Below, piece by piece: positions 38,391-52,354 of a stretch of DNA of 64,000 nucleotides. The notes under the pieces were generated by a model, which saw only the letters and a program-made list of their open reading frames with translations, had not been told where the DNA came from and did not search any database. The DNA lies in the NCBI RefSeq assembly GCF_006345805.1, contig NC_043007.1, positions 41,416,001 to 41,480,000 on the forward strand. The letters are read 5' to 3'. Position numbers and translations under genes: made by a program. How positions within the stretch are numbered: position 1 is the stretch's first letter; each line of letters starts with the position of its first letter. Origin of the DNA: Octopus sinensis (Eukaryota).

Positions 38391-39110
38391 GAGGTGGGTG
38401 TCAGCTCTGTTCCAGATGTAAGAGCAATACTTCATTGTGGGCTCTGAACTTTACAGATTGTCAGCAGTTCGGTTGCTGAAATATTTTCTGACCTTGAAGA
38501 GAAGCCCCAGCCTTTGAGATGTGATCCTAGTTATGTTAAGGATGTACTTTTGCCAGGGAAGATCCTTGCTGATAAAGAGGCCTTACATTTAGAACAACAG
38601 TGAGGGCTGTAACTAAATACTGCTTGTATTTTATGAGATAAGATTGGCATGGCCTCACTGCTAGATGCTCTCAAGGTTTGTATTCTTGGAATTAATGCTG
38701 GTTTATTGTACACTGTCAAAATTGCATGTGAATGATGCATTGTTGGGGAAGGTTAAGGAAGAATGAATGGTCACATCATCTGGAGAAAAAGTGGATAGTG
38801 TTGAATGTGGTAGCAAGTAGGTCCTTTCATGTATAGAATGAAGAAATGCTGTAACACACTATTGTTGACTGAGAGTAGGTTAGAAAGAGTTCTGGTAACA
38901 CATGCTGTGATGGTGTGATCTGATTGGAAGCTACTGATCAAAGAAATGAGAGATAGTCTGTAGGGAGGAGTTCCAAAAGGAATTTGCATACCAGATACAA
39001 TCAAAGACTTTGCTGATCTCTTGAGCAACAAGATTGCTTTTACCAAAATTTTCAAAGATGAGAGCCTGCTGGTGATGTCATAAGAGAATAGGTCTCAAAT
39101 GAATCCAGCT
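38390..39110 (-). mobile_element. CR1/Zenon-type LINE RT fossil
   Basis: Degenerate ..STFSPDDVTIHSSLTFP (YADD region), DLPWQKYILNITRITSQRLGLLFKVRKYF, MKYCSYIW. Confidence 0.7.
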
Positions 39111-40389
39111 TTGTGGAAGTCATATTGGTGATCATTGAGGATAGACAGAAAGATTGAAGGTGTAATACTATATAAGTATATTTATGTATTGCAATGGACC
39201 AGCGTCCTGTCCAGGTAGGGTATCTGTACGCCAATGAAACCGAGAAACTGGCCCTTATGAGCCAGGCTTAGCTCGAGAAGGAACAAACAACATGTTTGTG
39301 TATAAAAGTGGAATTAAATTTTAAATTTATATATATAACTGATGTATATAAACAGAAATAACTATAAAAAAAAGCAAAAACAATGTACCCTTAAGTCATA
39401 GAGTGAAATTAGTAAGGATCTAATTTCAGGGAAATTAGTGAGGCTAAGTCAGCAAAATTCTAAGTACTGAACATTTGCAAAGTAGAATAAATTATTTTGC
39501 CACAAGAAAAATAATTTATTCCTCCTTGAAAACATTTTGCACTTAATAAACTTTAGCATGGCCATAATCCAATGACTGAAACTAGTTTGAGAATGAATAA
39601 TTAACTATTAATGTGGATAGATGGCTGCATCATTGATCTGTTCCATTGTGACAGTTCGTGGGTGTAATTGTGACCATTGTACAAACTAATTAATCAATAT
39701 GTATTTATCTTGTGTAAATGTAACTAAACATCCAATTCCTTCATATTTATTGAACATTTCCGTTTTCTTGGAAAAGACAGAATTTCTCCAGGCTGTTCCA
39801 TTTGCAGGATTTGGAGTCAGTACCGCAAGGCAATGAAATACTCATTAATTATTTAGTGCATCTCCTTTCAGTTGCTAACTATGCGTGACGGAGTCTATTT
39901 ACAGTTAGACAGACTGGAGCATTTATAGAAAAAAGTATTATACATAGACACAGTGTAGTCATCATCATCAGTCTGTTTTCCATGCTGGCATGGGTTAGAC
40001 AATTTAGTAGGAACTGACAAGCCAGGGGATAGCATCAAGCTCTACTGTCAACTTTGTCATGGTTTCTGTGGTTGGATATCCTTCCTAATGCCAACCACTT
40101 TACAAAGTTTATTGGGTGTATTTTACATGGCATCAACACTAGTAAGGTCACCAAGTAATTTGCAAGACAAAAACACCCTCAACTGAGAGGGGGAGTAGTG
40201 TTGAGGGAGGTGGCTTTATGTCAGGTGATGAATGGTTTAGCTATGATAGATCAGAAACAGGTGTCTTGCTGTTCAGGAGATACATGGCTACCACAATCAT
40301 AGAGAGTGTAAGTGCTCAATGATCCAAAGCATTCCAACCATGACCATCCCACCTTACTTTCAGGCATTGAATATCTAAGAATATATTAT

Positions 40390-40665
40390 CCAGTGCATTC
40401 AACCTCTAGCCCATAGATGCATCATTTACTGACTCTGATCATCTATCATTATTTCAGTAGCCTCCACCCCTCAGACTTAACCAGTTGCATACTATTTCCA
40501 TCCAAGACCTTCCATCAAACCCACCTCTCTTCCTCCCATCACCATCATCTATTTTGTGTGTTTCTTTCTAGGCCCCGTACTAAGCAATCATTTTCTCAAT
40601 CCTTCTACCCTAAAATTTCGACCACTTGGAATTCCCTTCTAGAAAATCAACCACATGACTTTTAT
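40390..40665 (+). mobile_element. CR1/Zenon-type LINE 3' end
   Basis: LAHR..LIIYHYF...RPRTKQSFSQSFYPKISTTWNSL, matching the family C-terminus (SFFPRT..LWNSL). Confidence 0.7.
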
Positions 40666-40710
40666 CAATTTGGGAGGGTCCTGCAAAGGTCATAAGCACA
40701 ACACCTTCTC

Positions 40711-40770
40711 ACTGATCCCCTTCACACTGATCCCCTTCACACTGAACCCTTCCTAACTGAACCCCTTCTT
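40711..40770. repeat. 15-bp tandem repeat x4
   Basis: actgatccccttcac at 40711 and 40726, with variants at 40741 and 40756. Confidence 0.85.
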
Positions 40771-41247
40771 CTAGAAATTGGAAAATTAAAAACATGAAGT
40801 TGCTATTTTCAGTAAACTGAATGACCACACCGAAGGCTCCCGTCTTGACTCAAGATCCCTTGTTGGAGCAACATTGTTATAAAATTAAGGGCAAAAACAT
40901 TCAAATAGTTAAGCCTGAATAGAAAGACATAAAGTTGAAAAGGGAACAGTGACTGAAATATTGCAGAGTGAAGCTACTTCATAAAATAATGTTAGCAAGA
41001 AAAACTGGAAGGAAAAAATTTTGATTATGTGGTGGTGATCAGTAGTTTTGGTTGATATATAATTCTCTATGTCCTGACTCTTGCACATAATCAGCACTGA
41101 TTAATATCTTTTCCATGTGTGTGTTTGTACATCTATGCTTGTGTTATATGCTCACAATATGTGTTTGGGTGTAAGTGTGCTTGTGTGTCTCTGTGTATGC
41201 AGAGAGAGAGAGAGAGAGAGAGAGAAAGCATGTACATACATACACAG

Positions 41248-41302
<55 letters not shown>

Positions 41303-41349
41303 CAACAGAGAGAGAGAGAGAGAGATGTATATATGTTTATGATTATATA

Positions 41350-41509
41350 TATCAGTTGTGGATGTATGGTAAGAAACTTACTTTCCAGCCACATGGTTCC
41401 AGGTTCAGTCCACTGCATGGCACCTTGGGCAAGTGTCTTCTACTATAGCCTCGGGCTGACCAAAGCCTTGCGAGTGGATTTGGTAGATGGGAACTGAAAG
41501 AAGCCTGTC

Positions 41510-41559
<50 letters not shown>

Positions 41560-41760
41560 TAGTCCCCCACCATCACTTGACAACTGGTGTTGGTGCACTT
41601 ACGTCCATGTAACTTATCAGTTTGGCAAAAGAGATTGATAAAATTGGTACCAGGCTTTAAAACAAATACTAGTGTTGGTTCATTCAACTAAAAATTCTCC
41701 AGGGTGGTGCTCTAGCACGGCCGCAATCTAATGACTGAAACAAGTAAAAGATAAAAATAA
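41350..41760 (+). mobile_element. Family A SINE
   Basis: Head, internal (TA)/(TG)n and tail all present. Confidence 0.85.
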
Positions 41761-41950
41761 AAGTATGTGTGTGTGTGTGTGTGTGTGTACTCACATAACC
41801 ATGAATCTATTTCTACAAAAATATATATGTAGGAGTATATATATGCAAGCATACACACCCACCTGTACATGCAGTTAAATATATGTTTTTATATATGTTG
41901 GTATGTATCTGTTTGTCTGCCTGTCTGGCTATCTCTCACTCTCTCTCTCA

Positions 41951-42011
<61 letters not shown>

Positions 42012-42349
42012 GAAATATATATGCACCCTCTCACATGCTTTTCCATGACGTTACTGCCACTAAATGCTACCGATCGCTTCTGAAACTGCAATGGTAGAAC
42101 AATGCAGATTGCGGCAATAATTGTAATTTCTTTGTAAAGGCCGTTTCTTCCCTTTTGTAAATCTGAATGGTGGTGATAAAGTTAGTTTATTCAACTGAGG
42201 GTGTCAGGGTGGGAAGGTGCTGGACACTGGCTGTAATTGAATAGTAGTTCCCAATGTAAAACTACCATTTAATATCTGATACTGCTTATTGAATAGTAGT
42301 ATTGAGTCATGGGCGGGTGCCTTCTCTACCCTGATGTTGTGTCTGTGTG

Positions 42350-42790
42350 AAGAAAGAGAATGAGAGAAGATGGAATGAAAGAGAGGGAGAGAGAGAAAGA
42401 GAGAGAGAGTGAAAGAGGTGCAGGCTGACAGATAGACAGAGATACGGACAGACAGAATGAATGAGAGAGCAAAAGTGAGAGATAAGCAGAGTAGAGAGAA
42501 AGTGAGTATATGTATGTGCAGAATGGTGGACAAAAGTAAAGAAGAAAACTAGGGGGGGAGTGAGCTGATCAAAGAGAATGAGTGAGCCAGAATGAAAAAG
42601 AGAGGGGAAGAGAGAGAGAAGAAGAAGAAGAAGAAAGAATGAAAGGCAGTAAGGGAGAAACAGAAGAGAGATCAGGGAAGGAGGTAAGTGAAGGTCTGGG
42701 CAGAGAGAATGAGAGAGCAAGGACGAGAGAGAAGGAAACTAGAGAGAGAGACGGAGAGGGAGATGGTAGGGAGAAGGTGAGGTGTTAGTG
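42350..42790. repeat. Purine-rich (GA) low-complexity block
   Basis: Directly visible; a (CT)n tract lies at about 41935-42008. Confidence 0.9.
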
Positions 42791-43100
42791 TGCTAGAGGA
42801 GAGATGAAGAAATAGAACTGATATCAGCAGAGCGGAGAAATGTGTCTATGTCTTTGTGTTGGGGTGGAACTGTCTGCAAGGGAAGACTGAAATACTTTTA
42901 TATGAAAGCAAGAGGATGTTTGAAGTTAGTAGAAGATAAGTTGTAGTTTGGGGTTATGGTTTGTAGTAAAAAAAGAAGCTGGAAAAAAAAATACAACTGT
43001 ATTGCTCAAGTTAAGACAAATTGATTTTGGAAATTACTAAAGTCAAACTTGTATCATAACCAGTAAGTTGCCAGAGAAAAAGATGATGATAATGGTGTTC

Positions 43101-43735
43101 TTAACCCTTTAGCATTCAGATTATACTGTCAAACATAATCCTTATTTATTAATATTCATCATCATCATCATCATTTAATGTCTATTATCCATGCTGACCT
43201 GAGTTAAACAGTTTGACTAGAGCTGGCAAGCCGAAGAGCTACACCAGGCTTCTGTCTGATTTAGCATGGTTTCTACAGCTGGATGCCCTTCCAAGTGCCA
43301 ACCACTTTACAGGGTGTACTGGGTGGCATCATACAAGTGCTCTTATGTGACACGGACACGAGTGCTTTTTATGTGGCACCAGCACAGGATTCTTGCAGGC
43401 CAATCCTCTTCTCTAGGGAGAGCAGCCTTAACACTTCTACTGTGGAGTACAGGTCTTCTTGAGTATAGCAAGGCACCAGGCATCTTGACCCTTTGTCATC
43501 TTATCTGAAAGGTTCAGCGTCCTGAGGTTGTCTTTCAGTACTTCATCCCATGGTCATCATATTGTTTTGAATTAATCATACACTATCTTGTAGCTTTGAT
43601 ATTTAAATGATGTGATCGTTTATTTTTAGAATGACATTGTAGCATAGGCATGAGAAGCCTGATCTGGTCAGTTTGAACATAAAGCCAGTAGAATATTTCG
43701 ACCAGAGATGGCCAGTTTGGATACCAAAGAGTTCA
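43101..43735. mobile_element. TTAA MITE split by a family C insertion (about 43156-43560)
   Basis: ttaacccttt agcattcaga at 43101; the MITE body resumes near 43560 (ttgttttgaattaatcat) and ends near 43735. Confidence 0.7.
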
Positions 43736-44639
43736 TGATGTTTTGCTGTTGTTATTGTTGTTGCTGCTAATGATGTTGTAGTTGCTGTTGTTGTCGCTGT
43801 TATCATCACTGCTATCATTGCTGGTGTTTGTTGTTGATAATGTTGTTTCCACCATTGCTACTACTGGTCATGTCATTGTTGCTGCTGTTGCTGTTGTTGT
43901 TGTTGTTGTTAAGCAACAAGACAGGTAAGGGTGATTAGGTGATGGTCTAGGGCTTAGGGGCGGGAGACCCCAGACCTTGGAAAAAAAGAACTTTGGTTAT
44001 CTTGTTGTAGTCGAGGGCTCTTTATTGATGCCCAACACCACTCAGAGGGGGCCCTCGAAGTCGCTGGAAATGGAGATCTCCAGGTCCAAATTCTTGAACG
44101 GCTGTTGCTGCTGTTGATACTGTTGCTGTTTACCAATTTAGGTACCTGAATGTATGCCAGGTCACCATTTCCAGTGCATGTCCTACTGAACAGCAACGAA
44201 AATGTTTGCTGTTGTTATTGTTTACTGTCATGTCAGCTCTGATTGGGAAGTTCTGTGGCACGTAGATTGTTAATCAAACTATCTTTGAATGAGTATTCCA
44301 ACCTGTCTTTTTTACCTTTTAATATACTGGATCCAAGACCACATTACTCAATATTGTTGTTGATGTCTTTTAAGAAAATAGTGTGGCTTGATGGATATGT
44401 AGGTACTATGTTAAACAAGTTAAGTGACTCAATAGAAATTTTCTTGTCTAATATCTAGATTTTCTGAACCAGATTATAAGATTTGGAGATTCCCTCAACA
44501 CACTTGAAATTTCCCAAACTTGAATATTCTGTCTATTTGTTCCACTGTCACAACAAATGAGGATTCTACTGACAGTAATTCAAAAATGGGCATTTTTTAT
44601 TAAATGACATTGGTCATTGAAATTGCACATATTGGTAGA

Positions 44640-45570
44640 ACAACTCATTTTGTATACAAATATTTTTTTCAACATTGTATTTATCACAAACAATACATCT
44701 GCACCATCATTGAATTCAATATTTATGTCTTTGAAAATATTCACTGTTACATCTACCTCTTCACAGCCAGTTTTACCCATGTCATTAAATTGTCTCCAAA
44801 GAATGTCCTTCATTGGACTGAACAGATGGAAGTAGAAGGGCACCATATTTGGATTGTATGATGAATGAGGGACTACAGACTAGCCCAGCTTATCAATTGT
44901 TTGATTTGTGACCAAAAATGTGCATGTTCATACATTGTCATCTAACGTTGTTTTAAAATTTTTGTTCAGTCTCTTCCTTCTTATGGGTTCTCTAAACTTT
45001 CGTAAGTGTCTCATTGTGCTGTTTGGTGTTCATGGTTCATCTATGTTCCAGAAAATTAAAAAGATGAGGATATCGTTGTCATCCAAAGACTCAGTCACCA
45101 TGACTTTCTGTGCTGATCACCAGCTCTTGAATGTCTTAGGTTTTGGAGAATAGGTGTGGTGCCATTTCATGGATCATAAAGAAGTGACCACATATCAACC
45201 CCTGCAGAAAGGAAAAAAAAGCACTGGCTTCAAACAATTCCAGAAGACCAGAGTAAGCTTCTACCCTTCTCTCCTTCAAATTGGGTGTCAACTGCTGTGT
45301 TAACCCTTTTTGCATATACTTATTAATATCCAAAAATCACCATCCATAATGAATTGAGACCACAGTTCAGTTGTGCAACAGATCATTTCATCTGCTCATT
45401 GGCAATTTTGTATTGGTGATCACAGTTGATGGTCTCCTATTGTACATTTTACCTTCAGTGCTGGTTTTCCCTTTTTTTATAAACTTCTTCACCCATCTGT
45501 GCACATTGCTTTTACCAATGATATCATCATTGTAAACAACCTATAGTTTTTATGGATGTTGGACAGCTTA
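44640..45570 (-). pseudogene. Mariner (DD34D-type) transposase fossil
   Basis: Frameshifted IHK.L*VVYNDDIIGKSNVHRWVKKF..RRPST; QQLTPNLKERRVEA (WVPRxL region); PHSSYNPNMVPFYFHLFSPMKDIL (YSPDLAP.DFHLF motif). Confidence 0.8.
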
Positions 45571-45842
45571 CACCACACCTTTTAATTAATTGTCCTATGA
45601 CAATTAAAATATTAGGCCTGCATTTACATTACTTTTGATACAACCCTTGTATCTCTCAACCCACTTAGGTTTAGTCCTATCAAGGGTTTGGAACAACAAA
45701 ACCAGGCTACTGTAAAACTCACCAATTATATTGTGCCTACTCCCCAACTCATTATACATATTGTAGTCTAACAGAAGGGCTAATATTGCTAAAATTGTGT
45801 TTCTTTTTACACCATGTCTAATAACACCAGATGTCCAAAATG

Positions 45843-46069
45843 TTAACCATTTAGCATTTAAACTGGCCATATCAGTCTCAAATATTCTACCTGTTTTGTA
45901 TTCAAACTGACTAGATCTGGGCCTTAACACCTAGCCTACAATGTCATTCTAAAAATAAAACCTACATCATTCAAAAATTAAACAATCACATCACTGATTA
46001 ACTCGAAACAATCGGAATAAATAAATAAATATTACATTTGATAGAGTAATCTGAATACTAAAGGGTTAA
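45843..46069. mobile_element. TTAA MITE (reverse orientation)
   Basis: ttaaccatttagcatttaaactggcc ... ctgaatactaaagggttaa. Confidence 0.75.
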
Positions 46070-48289
46070 CTAAGTTGTCTGGTATCTCTACTGTTTACAG
46101 CAAAATATACATTCCAGCTCCAGTAGCACTTATTTGCAAATAAATGGACTGAACCAGTAATATCTAAATGCCATGAACATATTGCATTGTTGGTATGTCA
46201 AATCACAGACAGAATTCTATAAAGTGTATACACCTTAAACAAGAGTACAGGTGTTTTCAGCTATACTGAAGATGATAAACATTCTTGGACTGCAACTTCA
46301 TAGGTTTTTCATATCTCCTGCACGTACACTGTTATTTTTTGGGATCATAATAGTAGCAATAATTAACTCTGGTGTCATGGTCTCAAGGACATTAATCAGA
46401 TTAGAGATAAGTTTACATCTGAGTAGGACATCAGATGCTAAAGGATGTTGCCATCATCTAAATGCACTGACACAATATAGAATTGAATGAACTGCTCTTT
46501 GGTTACTTTCACTTTCAGACTTACACTGCTATATTGAATGTGAAAAAAAATATTACCTGAGAGTAACTGGCATCCACCCTACCCATGGGAAGAATTTATC
46601 TCACCAATCTTGAATGCTATCAAAGCAGAGCTAAACACTAGTTCTCATGAGTAACGTGAGTCAGGTTGTTAGAAACATTTACATTTTTTTTATAAATTAA
46701 GTATGTACATGTTATAGATCTATGAAAATGTCTTTCACTTCTCACATACCACATATTACTGCCACCGTCTCTAACTCTAAATTTATTGTCAGGCTCCAAT
46801 AAGTGTTAGATATTTTCTCTTCTCATGGTATTCTAATATATCATGCAGTTTGTTTTATCTATCTTGACTCTTGGGGATGTAGATCAACACTAATTTTAAC
46901 TTCTAGTGACACAGATACACATGCACACACATGCACACACACATAGATAGATTGATAGATAGAAAGATAGATATAGACACACACACACATATATATATAT
47001 GTATGTATGTATGTCAAAATGTCAACTGAATACAGTGTGTTGTTTCGTCCCTTATCTTTATTTATATATATATATGAAGAGAGAGAGAGAGTCATATATG
47101 TACATACATAGATTTGCTATTATTCTGTTGATGAAAGTGTGTGTGGACATGTGGCTGTTTGTGTGCTCATATGCATGTGTATGAACGTAGTGGAGGCATA
47201 TGTGTGTATATCTAAAATTATGTAATCTTTTTTACTACTGTTATGTATAATTCTCCCATTTAATCAGTTTTAGAGGCTACAGGTCTTTCTGTTCTTGCTT
47301 AGTCTTATAAAAAGTAAAATGTTTACATTATATAAACACCAAACATTGACCTTTCACTATACATACACAAGCACACACACATACATACATACATACATAC
47401 ATAGTCACATACATGTATACATATATACACGTGCACATGATGCACACACATATCAATAGCTATAGATATACATATAATATATAGATGATATAAAATACAT
47501 GCACACACCCACATATAGAAATACATGTGCGCATGCACACACACACACACACACACATATTTGATCTTACTTAGTTTACAAGATCTATTGCGGCTATTTT
47601 CTGGTTGATGTTGAGCCAACATTTTCCTATTCACGTTGCCTTCCTCTAACTATAATTTCTAAAGATGCAACATTATTATTATTATCATTATTATTACTAT
47701 CCATCGTTCTTACTGCCTGGCACTATTTTTCTTTCTCTCTATTACTAGAATTCCATCTTGTAGCTTGGTTTACATTACATCCTTTTGACGTTTGGGCCGT
47801 AGAATTTTTCCATTTCTAACAATTATTCAGTAAATACCTTGCATGTGCACCCACTACCCCGCCCCCACACATATATATATATACATGTGTGTATGTGTGA
47901 ATGTGATGTGTTTGTATATATATATAATCACCATCATCATCATTTAACATCCGTTTTCCATGCTGGCACAGGCTGGATGGCTTGAGTAGAACTGGTGAGG
48001 CCAGAGGCCACTCCAAGTTTCATTGTTTATTTTAGCTTGGTTTCTATGGCTGAATTCCCCTCCTAATGCCAACCACTCCACAGAGTGTACTTCGTGTTTT
48101 TTACATGGCACCATCACAGGTGCTTTTTAAGTGGCACCATCACCAGTGCTTTTTACGTGGCACCTTGGTTTTAGGATCTCATTTGTGTTGCGATGGGTGG
48201 ATCTAAGTCTTCTCCAGTATATATATATATATATACAATCACTGTGTAATCCAGACTATCATATGCTGTTATACACCACTAGTCACAAT

Positions 48290-48700
48290 GCACTTCCTTA
48301 CATTGTTGAAGCTTTCAAATGATTCCATCCAACTAGATAGGTGGGCAGGCGAACATTTCCCTTGTTTTGAAAGAAATGTCTCTTGCCAAACACAGTTGAA
48401 TGGGTTACTGATGTCAAGTGTAATGAAATTAGTTTTACCAGTTCTCTTAAAGAGGAGAAAACATGTTTGATAGATTCTCTCAAGGATGAGGAATGAATGG
48501 TGTGAGACACAGGATAACAAATGTCCAGCAGGTTTTCTTCTCTGAAAGTTGTACTTGCGGCCAATTAATTGTGAGAGAGATACTCAAGCTGAAGAAGAAC
48601 GTGATTGTTTAAAACTGTTACCATTTTTTTTTTATATGTTGAAAGGAATGATTAGTTGGCACTGGGCTGGCTCAGGTCAGATTCACTCCTTGAAAATGAG
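48290..48700 (-). mobile_element. CR1/Zenon-type RT fragment
   Basis: FLSHN*L...LLDICYPVSHTIHSSSL / GKTNFITLDISNPFNCVWQETFLSK, corresponding to RT domain 3 LDISKAFDRVWH. Confidence 0.75.
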
Positions 48701-50695
48701 CCACACTGCAATGTATCTTCATAGATTAATATAGATTCTTTTTATAAAACACACACACACAAACACACACAGATTGAAGAGAATAGAAGCTATATCTAAA
48801 ACACACTGTACATGTATGTGCAGGTGGGTACATTTGCATTATGTACATGTTACATATACACATTTTTCACCTGTACACTGACACACATCCCCATGCTCAT
48901 ATTTGCACACACCTTTAGTGTAAATATATATACATGTGTGTATTTGTGCATGTGTATATAACACCAACACTCACACATGCAGACATATATGTGCACATGT
49001 GCACACACACCCACACCTCACATCTACTTACCTGAGTTGTGTAAATCTAGTTTCATAAAAAAATAAATAAATGTAATTGTAGCTATGCTCAAGATTTGAA
49101 ATCATTCTTTTGGCTGTTTATATAATGTGTGTGTGTGTGTATTCATGTGTGTGTTTATGGGGTTTTGTGTATTTTGTGTGGATGTATGCTTATGTTTGTG
49201 AGTTTTTGTGTATGTCAGTTTATGTGGTTGTGTATATTTGTATGTATGTGTAAAATTATATGGTTATGTGTGTGTGATTATGTATGTAAGTGTGTATGAG
49301 TGATTATGTGTGTGTTTATATGTATGCTTGTATATGTGTATGTTTCTTTATTAAGAAATATATACTGTAGACTGATTACAGAGACTTCCAGATTCTTATT
49401 TAACCAACTTTGTTTAAATTCTTCACTGGTTCAAAAAGGTGAGTCGTTGAACCTACTTCACCTAAAATTCATTTTATATTCTTTTTATTAATTCTAATAT
49501 TTTCCTTCCTGTTTTTCACATCATTGTTGTTATTTTTGTTTTCATTTAGAGAAGAATCTGGGTTCTTTTTTGCTCCATCTCTACAATTTTGTATTTTTCC
49601 TTCATTTCCCAACATTATTCTTCTGAGATTCTATCTGAATTTACCATTTGTATTAACATAAAACATCACTGTTTTCTATGAGGTACCATTTTGTTTTTAT
49701 GCTTAGATGGATTTCATAGTATCAGGAACTTTTGATATAGAGGAAGGAAGAGAGAAAAAAAAACATCATTTTTATCTTTTTGTTGTGATTTAGTGATGTC
49801 TGTCTGATAAGATTTTTGGCAAGTTAAGATTAAGATAAGTTAACTTTTATCTCTCATTTGTTATTGTTTTCAAACAGGAAAAAATCCTAACCTAAAAACA
49901 CTTTCTGAATAATTCTATGACATCAAAAGGAGCTTGGTGTAGGTGAAGACTGCAGATGGTTTCTTCAGAGTCGACATTTCAGTTAAGAGAGTTCTGTAGT
50001 TATAAGGCCAGTTAGATAAAATGGGATTTAGTGAGGAAATAACTGTAAACCAAACAGCAATCATCAAGAGAGTAGTATTAAAATATAAAACAAGAAAAAT
50101 CAAAGAGATAATGATGGTAGGATTCAGGAATTGCATGTGCATACATGAGTGAGTGAGTGAGTGAGATATGGGATGTATAGGCATGACTGTGTGATTACTT
50201 TGTTTGGTTTTCATCCTTACACTTTGGGGTTTTGTCCTAGAGTTTGACAACACACAAGTGCTTTGGGAAGGAAATTGGAGAATGATAACTGTGAGGAGCT
50301 TGTTATAAATGAATGTTTTTATGCCTTGTAACTTAGCATTTCAACATATGGAGATTGATAATGTAACTACCAGCAGTGCCCCAGCATGGCCACAGTTCAA
50401 AGACTGAAACAAGTAAAAGGATGAAAGAATGTGTGTGTGTGTGTGTGTGTAATTTTACTATCATCATTATTTTAACATCCATGATTCTGTGCTTGCGTTC
50501 ATCAGACAAAACTTGTTGAGGTAGTGTTTCTACAGATGGATGCTCTTCCTGTCATCAGCCCTTGGCTGTTTCCAAGCAATGTGATATTTTCACAGCACAA
50601 ATTATCAAACATGTTTATGCAGGAGACTGCAAATGAACATGACTGCTTAATTGATGGAGATGTTCATTTCCAGTTAGCACAGAATGTCAAAACTT

Positions 50696-50741
<46 letters not shown>

Positions 50742-51200
50742 ATGATCATCATCAGGAGGGAGCACAGAATTTTATGTCCACTTCTCTTGCTGGTATGGGT
50801 TGTCACAGTCCAAGTCACTTCTTATTAGGATTTTGTTCTTAAACATTGGCACTCATACATATCATTTGGTTTGGTTTCTGCGGCTGACTGACCTTCCGAC
50901 CACCAACCACTTTACAGAATGTACTATATGCATTTTCTTATGGCATCCATGCTAGACAAGTTGAATTGTCCTCATCAAGGCATGATTAAAGGGATCGACT
51001 CTTTCTCCCCTAATCTGCCATTCATTTTACAGTGTGTACAAGGTGTGTTTTTATGGTACCAATGTTAAGGAGGCAGCCTTGCTCACCATTCACTTGCCAA
51101 TAGAATACAGGTTTCTTCCTAGCTCTTTTACAGGAGGTGGAGTGCTTTGTACATAATAGGCTGAGTAACATAAAGAGGAATGGGAGAAAAAATAAAAAGA

Positions 51201-51242
<42 letters not shown>

Positions 51243-52040
51243 AAGACATTGGGATCAAGAGTATGATGAGAAAAGGGAGGAATAATTGAGGGTGAAATTA
51301 GGAGAAGAGTGATTGGTAATAAACATGAACAAAGGTAAAAGTGGGTGATGCAGTGAAGACAAGGGTTGGTGCTAGGTGGCATAAATGTGGTGCAGAGGAG
51401 AAAGAGTGCTGTCTAGTAGTACAACAAGGCAAAGCTGGAGTGAATTGAGTAGAACTATGAAAGTGATCCAATGTGGGCCTAGTGAAAGGTGATGGGGAAG
51501 AGTGATGTGGATGGTACAGTCAGTGTAGTTGGCAGAGAGAGATGGAAGTTAGAGGGTTTATGAGTCATGAAGAGTTGGGAAATGGAAAGCAGGTGAGCAA
51601 TAAGTAGATGAGAGATGAGGCAAGGATGCGAGCTAAGGGAGCAACATATGTTGGCATAGCAGGATACAAAAATACATACTATGGCTTCTAAACACTATTA
51701 CCTTTGTTTCAGGGTACATTTTACCATGGGTGAACAGGTCTTCTGCAGCATGGCATATTGTCAATTAGAATGGTCTTTTGTCATCTCCTCTGTTAGATGC
51801 AGCATCTTCAGGCATCCTTCCCTACTTGGTCCTAAGTCTTTCTTGCAAAGTCCTCTAGCTTGGAGCACACTGTACTTCCATATGCAGCAGTCATCCTCCA
51901 TATACATCATAAGCCCATACCAGCACAATCTCCTCTCCTTCTCACCACAACTGATACCTCTTATACCCAGTCTCTCAATTCATTCATGCATAGTAACATT
52001 ACACATCCACCAAGCATGCTAGCTAAATTACTTCTAGTCT

Positions 52041-52347
52041 TTGCTGGGGCTGCCTGCTGGAGCCTAGCAGCAGGTATTTAAAGGGAAATTTGACAAGACA
52101 GTCAGTTGCCTGCTGACACTCATTGACGCTACATCAAAGAGGCCAGGGAACAGAAGAAAGAAGAAGAAAGAAGACATGCACCCAACACCAGAGCTAAAGA
52201 CACCTCCGAAGGGGGGGGGGGCATGTCAAAACGGTTCAGGAGTTGGGCCGAAACCGGACGTGGTTCCTCCTGATGATGTATTGAGCTAACTGGATCCTGT
52301 AAAGGAGCTGGTGTGGTAGCAGACCATGAAGCACGGTTGAATTTCCT
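52041..52347 (+). mobile_element. ~305-bp repeat, pLTR-like (copy 1)
   Basis: ggtatttaaaggg TATA-like motif and cctgatgatg...gaagcacggttg; inverted homologue at 56917-57221. Family assignment is inference. Confidence 0.55.
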
Positions 52348-52354
52348 ACTCCAT

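Noticed and set aside
42210-42270. RNase P-like words gggaaggt and cccaat..actac
   Set aside because: Far too close together and no P4 complementarity.
44240-44600. Possible LINE apurinic endonuclease remnant on the minus strand (TIFLKDINN resembling IILGDFN)
   Set aside because: Too degenerate to support by eye; needs a profile search.
49878-50148. Plus-strand exon after a strong acceptor (ttgttttcaaacag) with ORF MGFSEEITVNQTAIIKRVVLK
   Set aside because: All frames stop soon after the acceptor, the best donor lies in a (GAGT)n repeat, and no homology was recognised.
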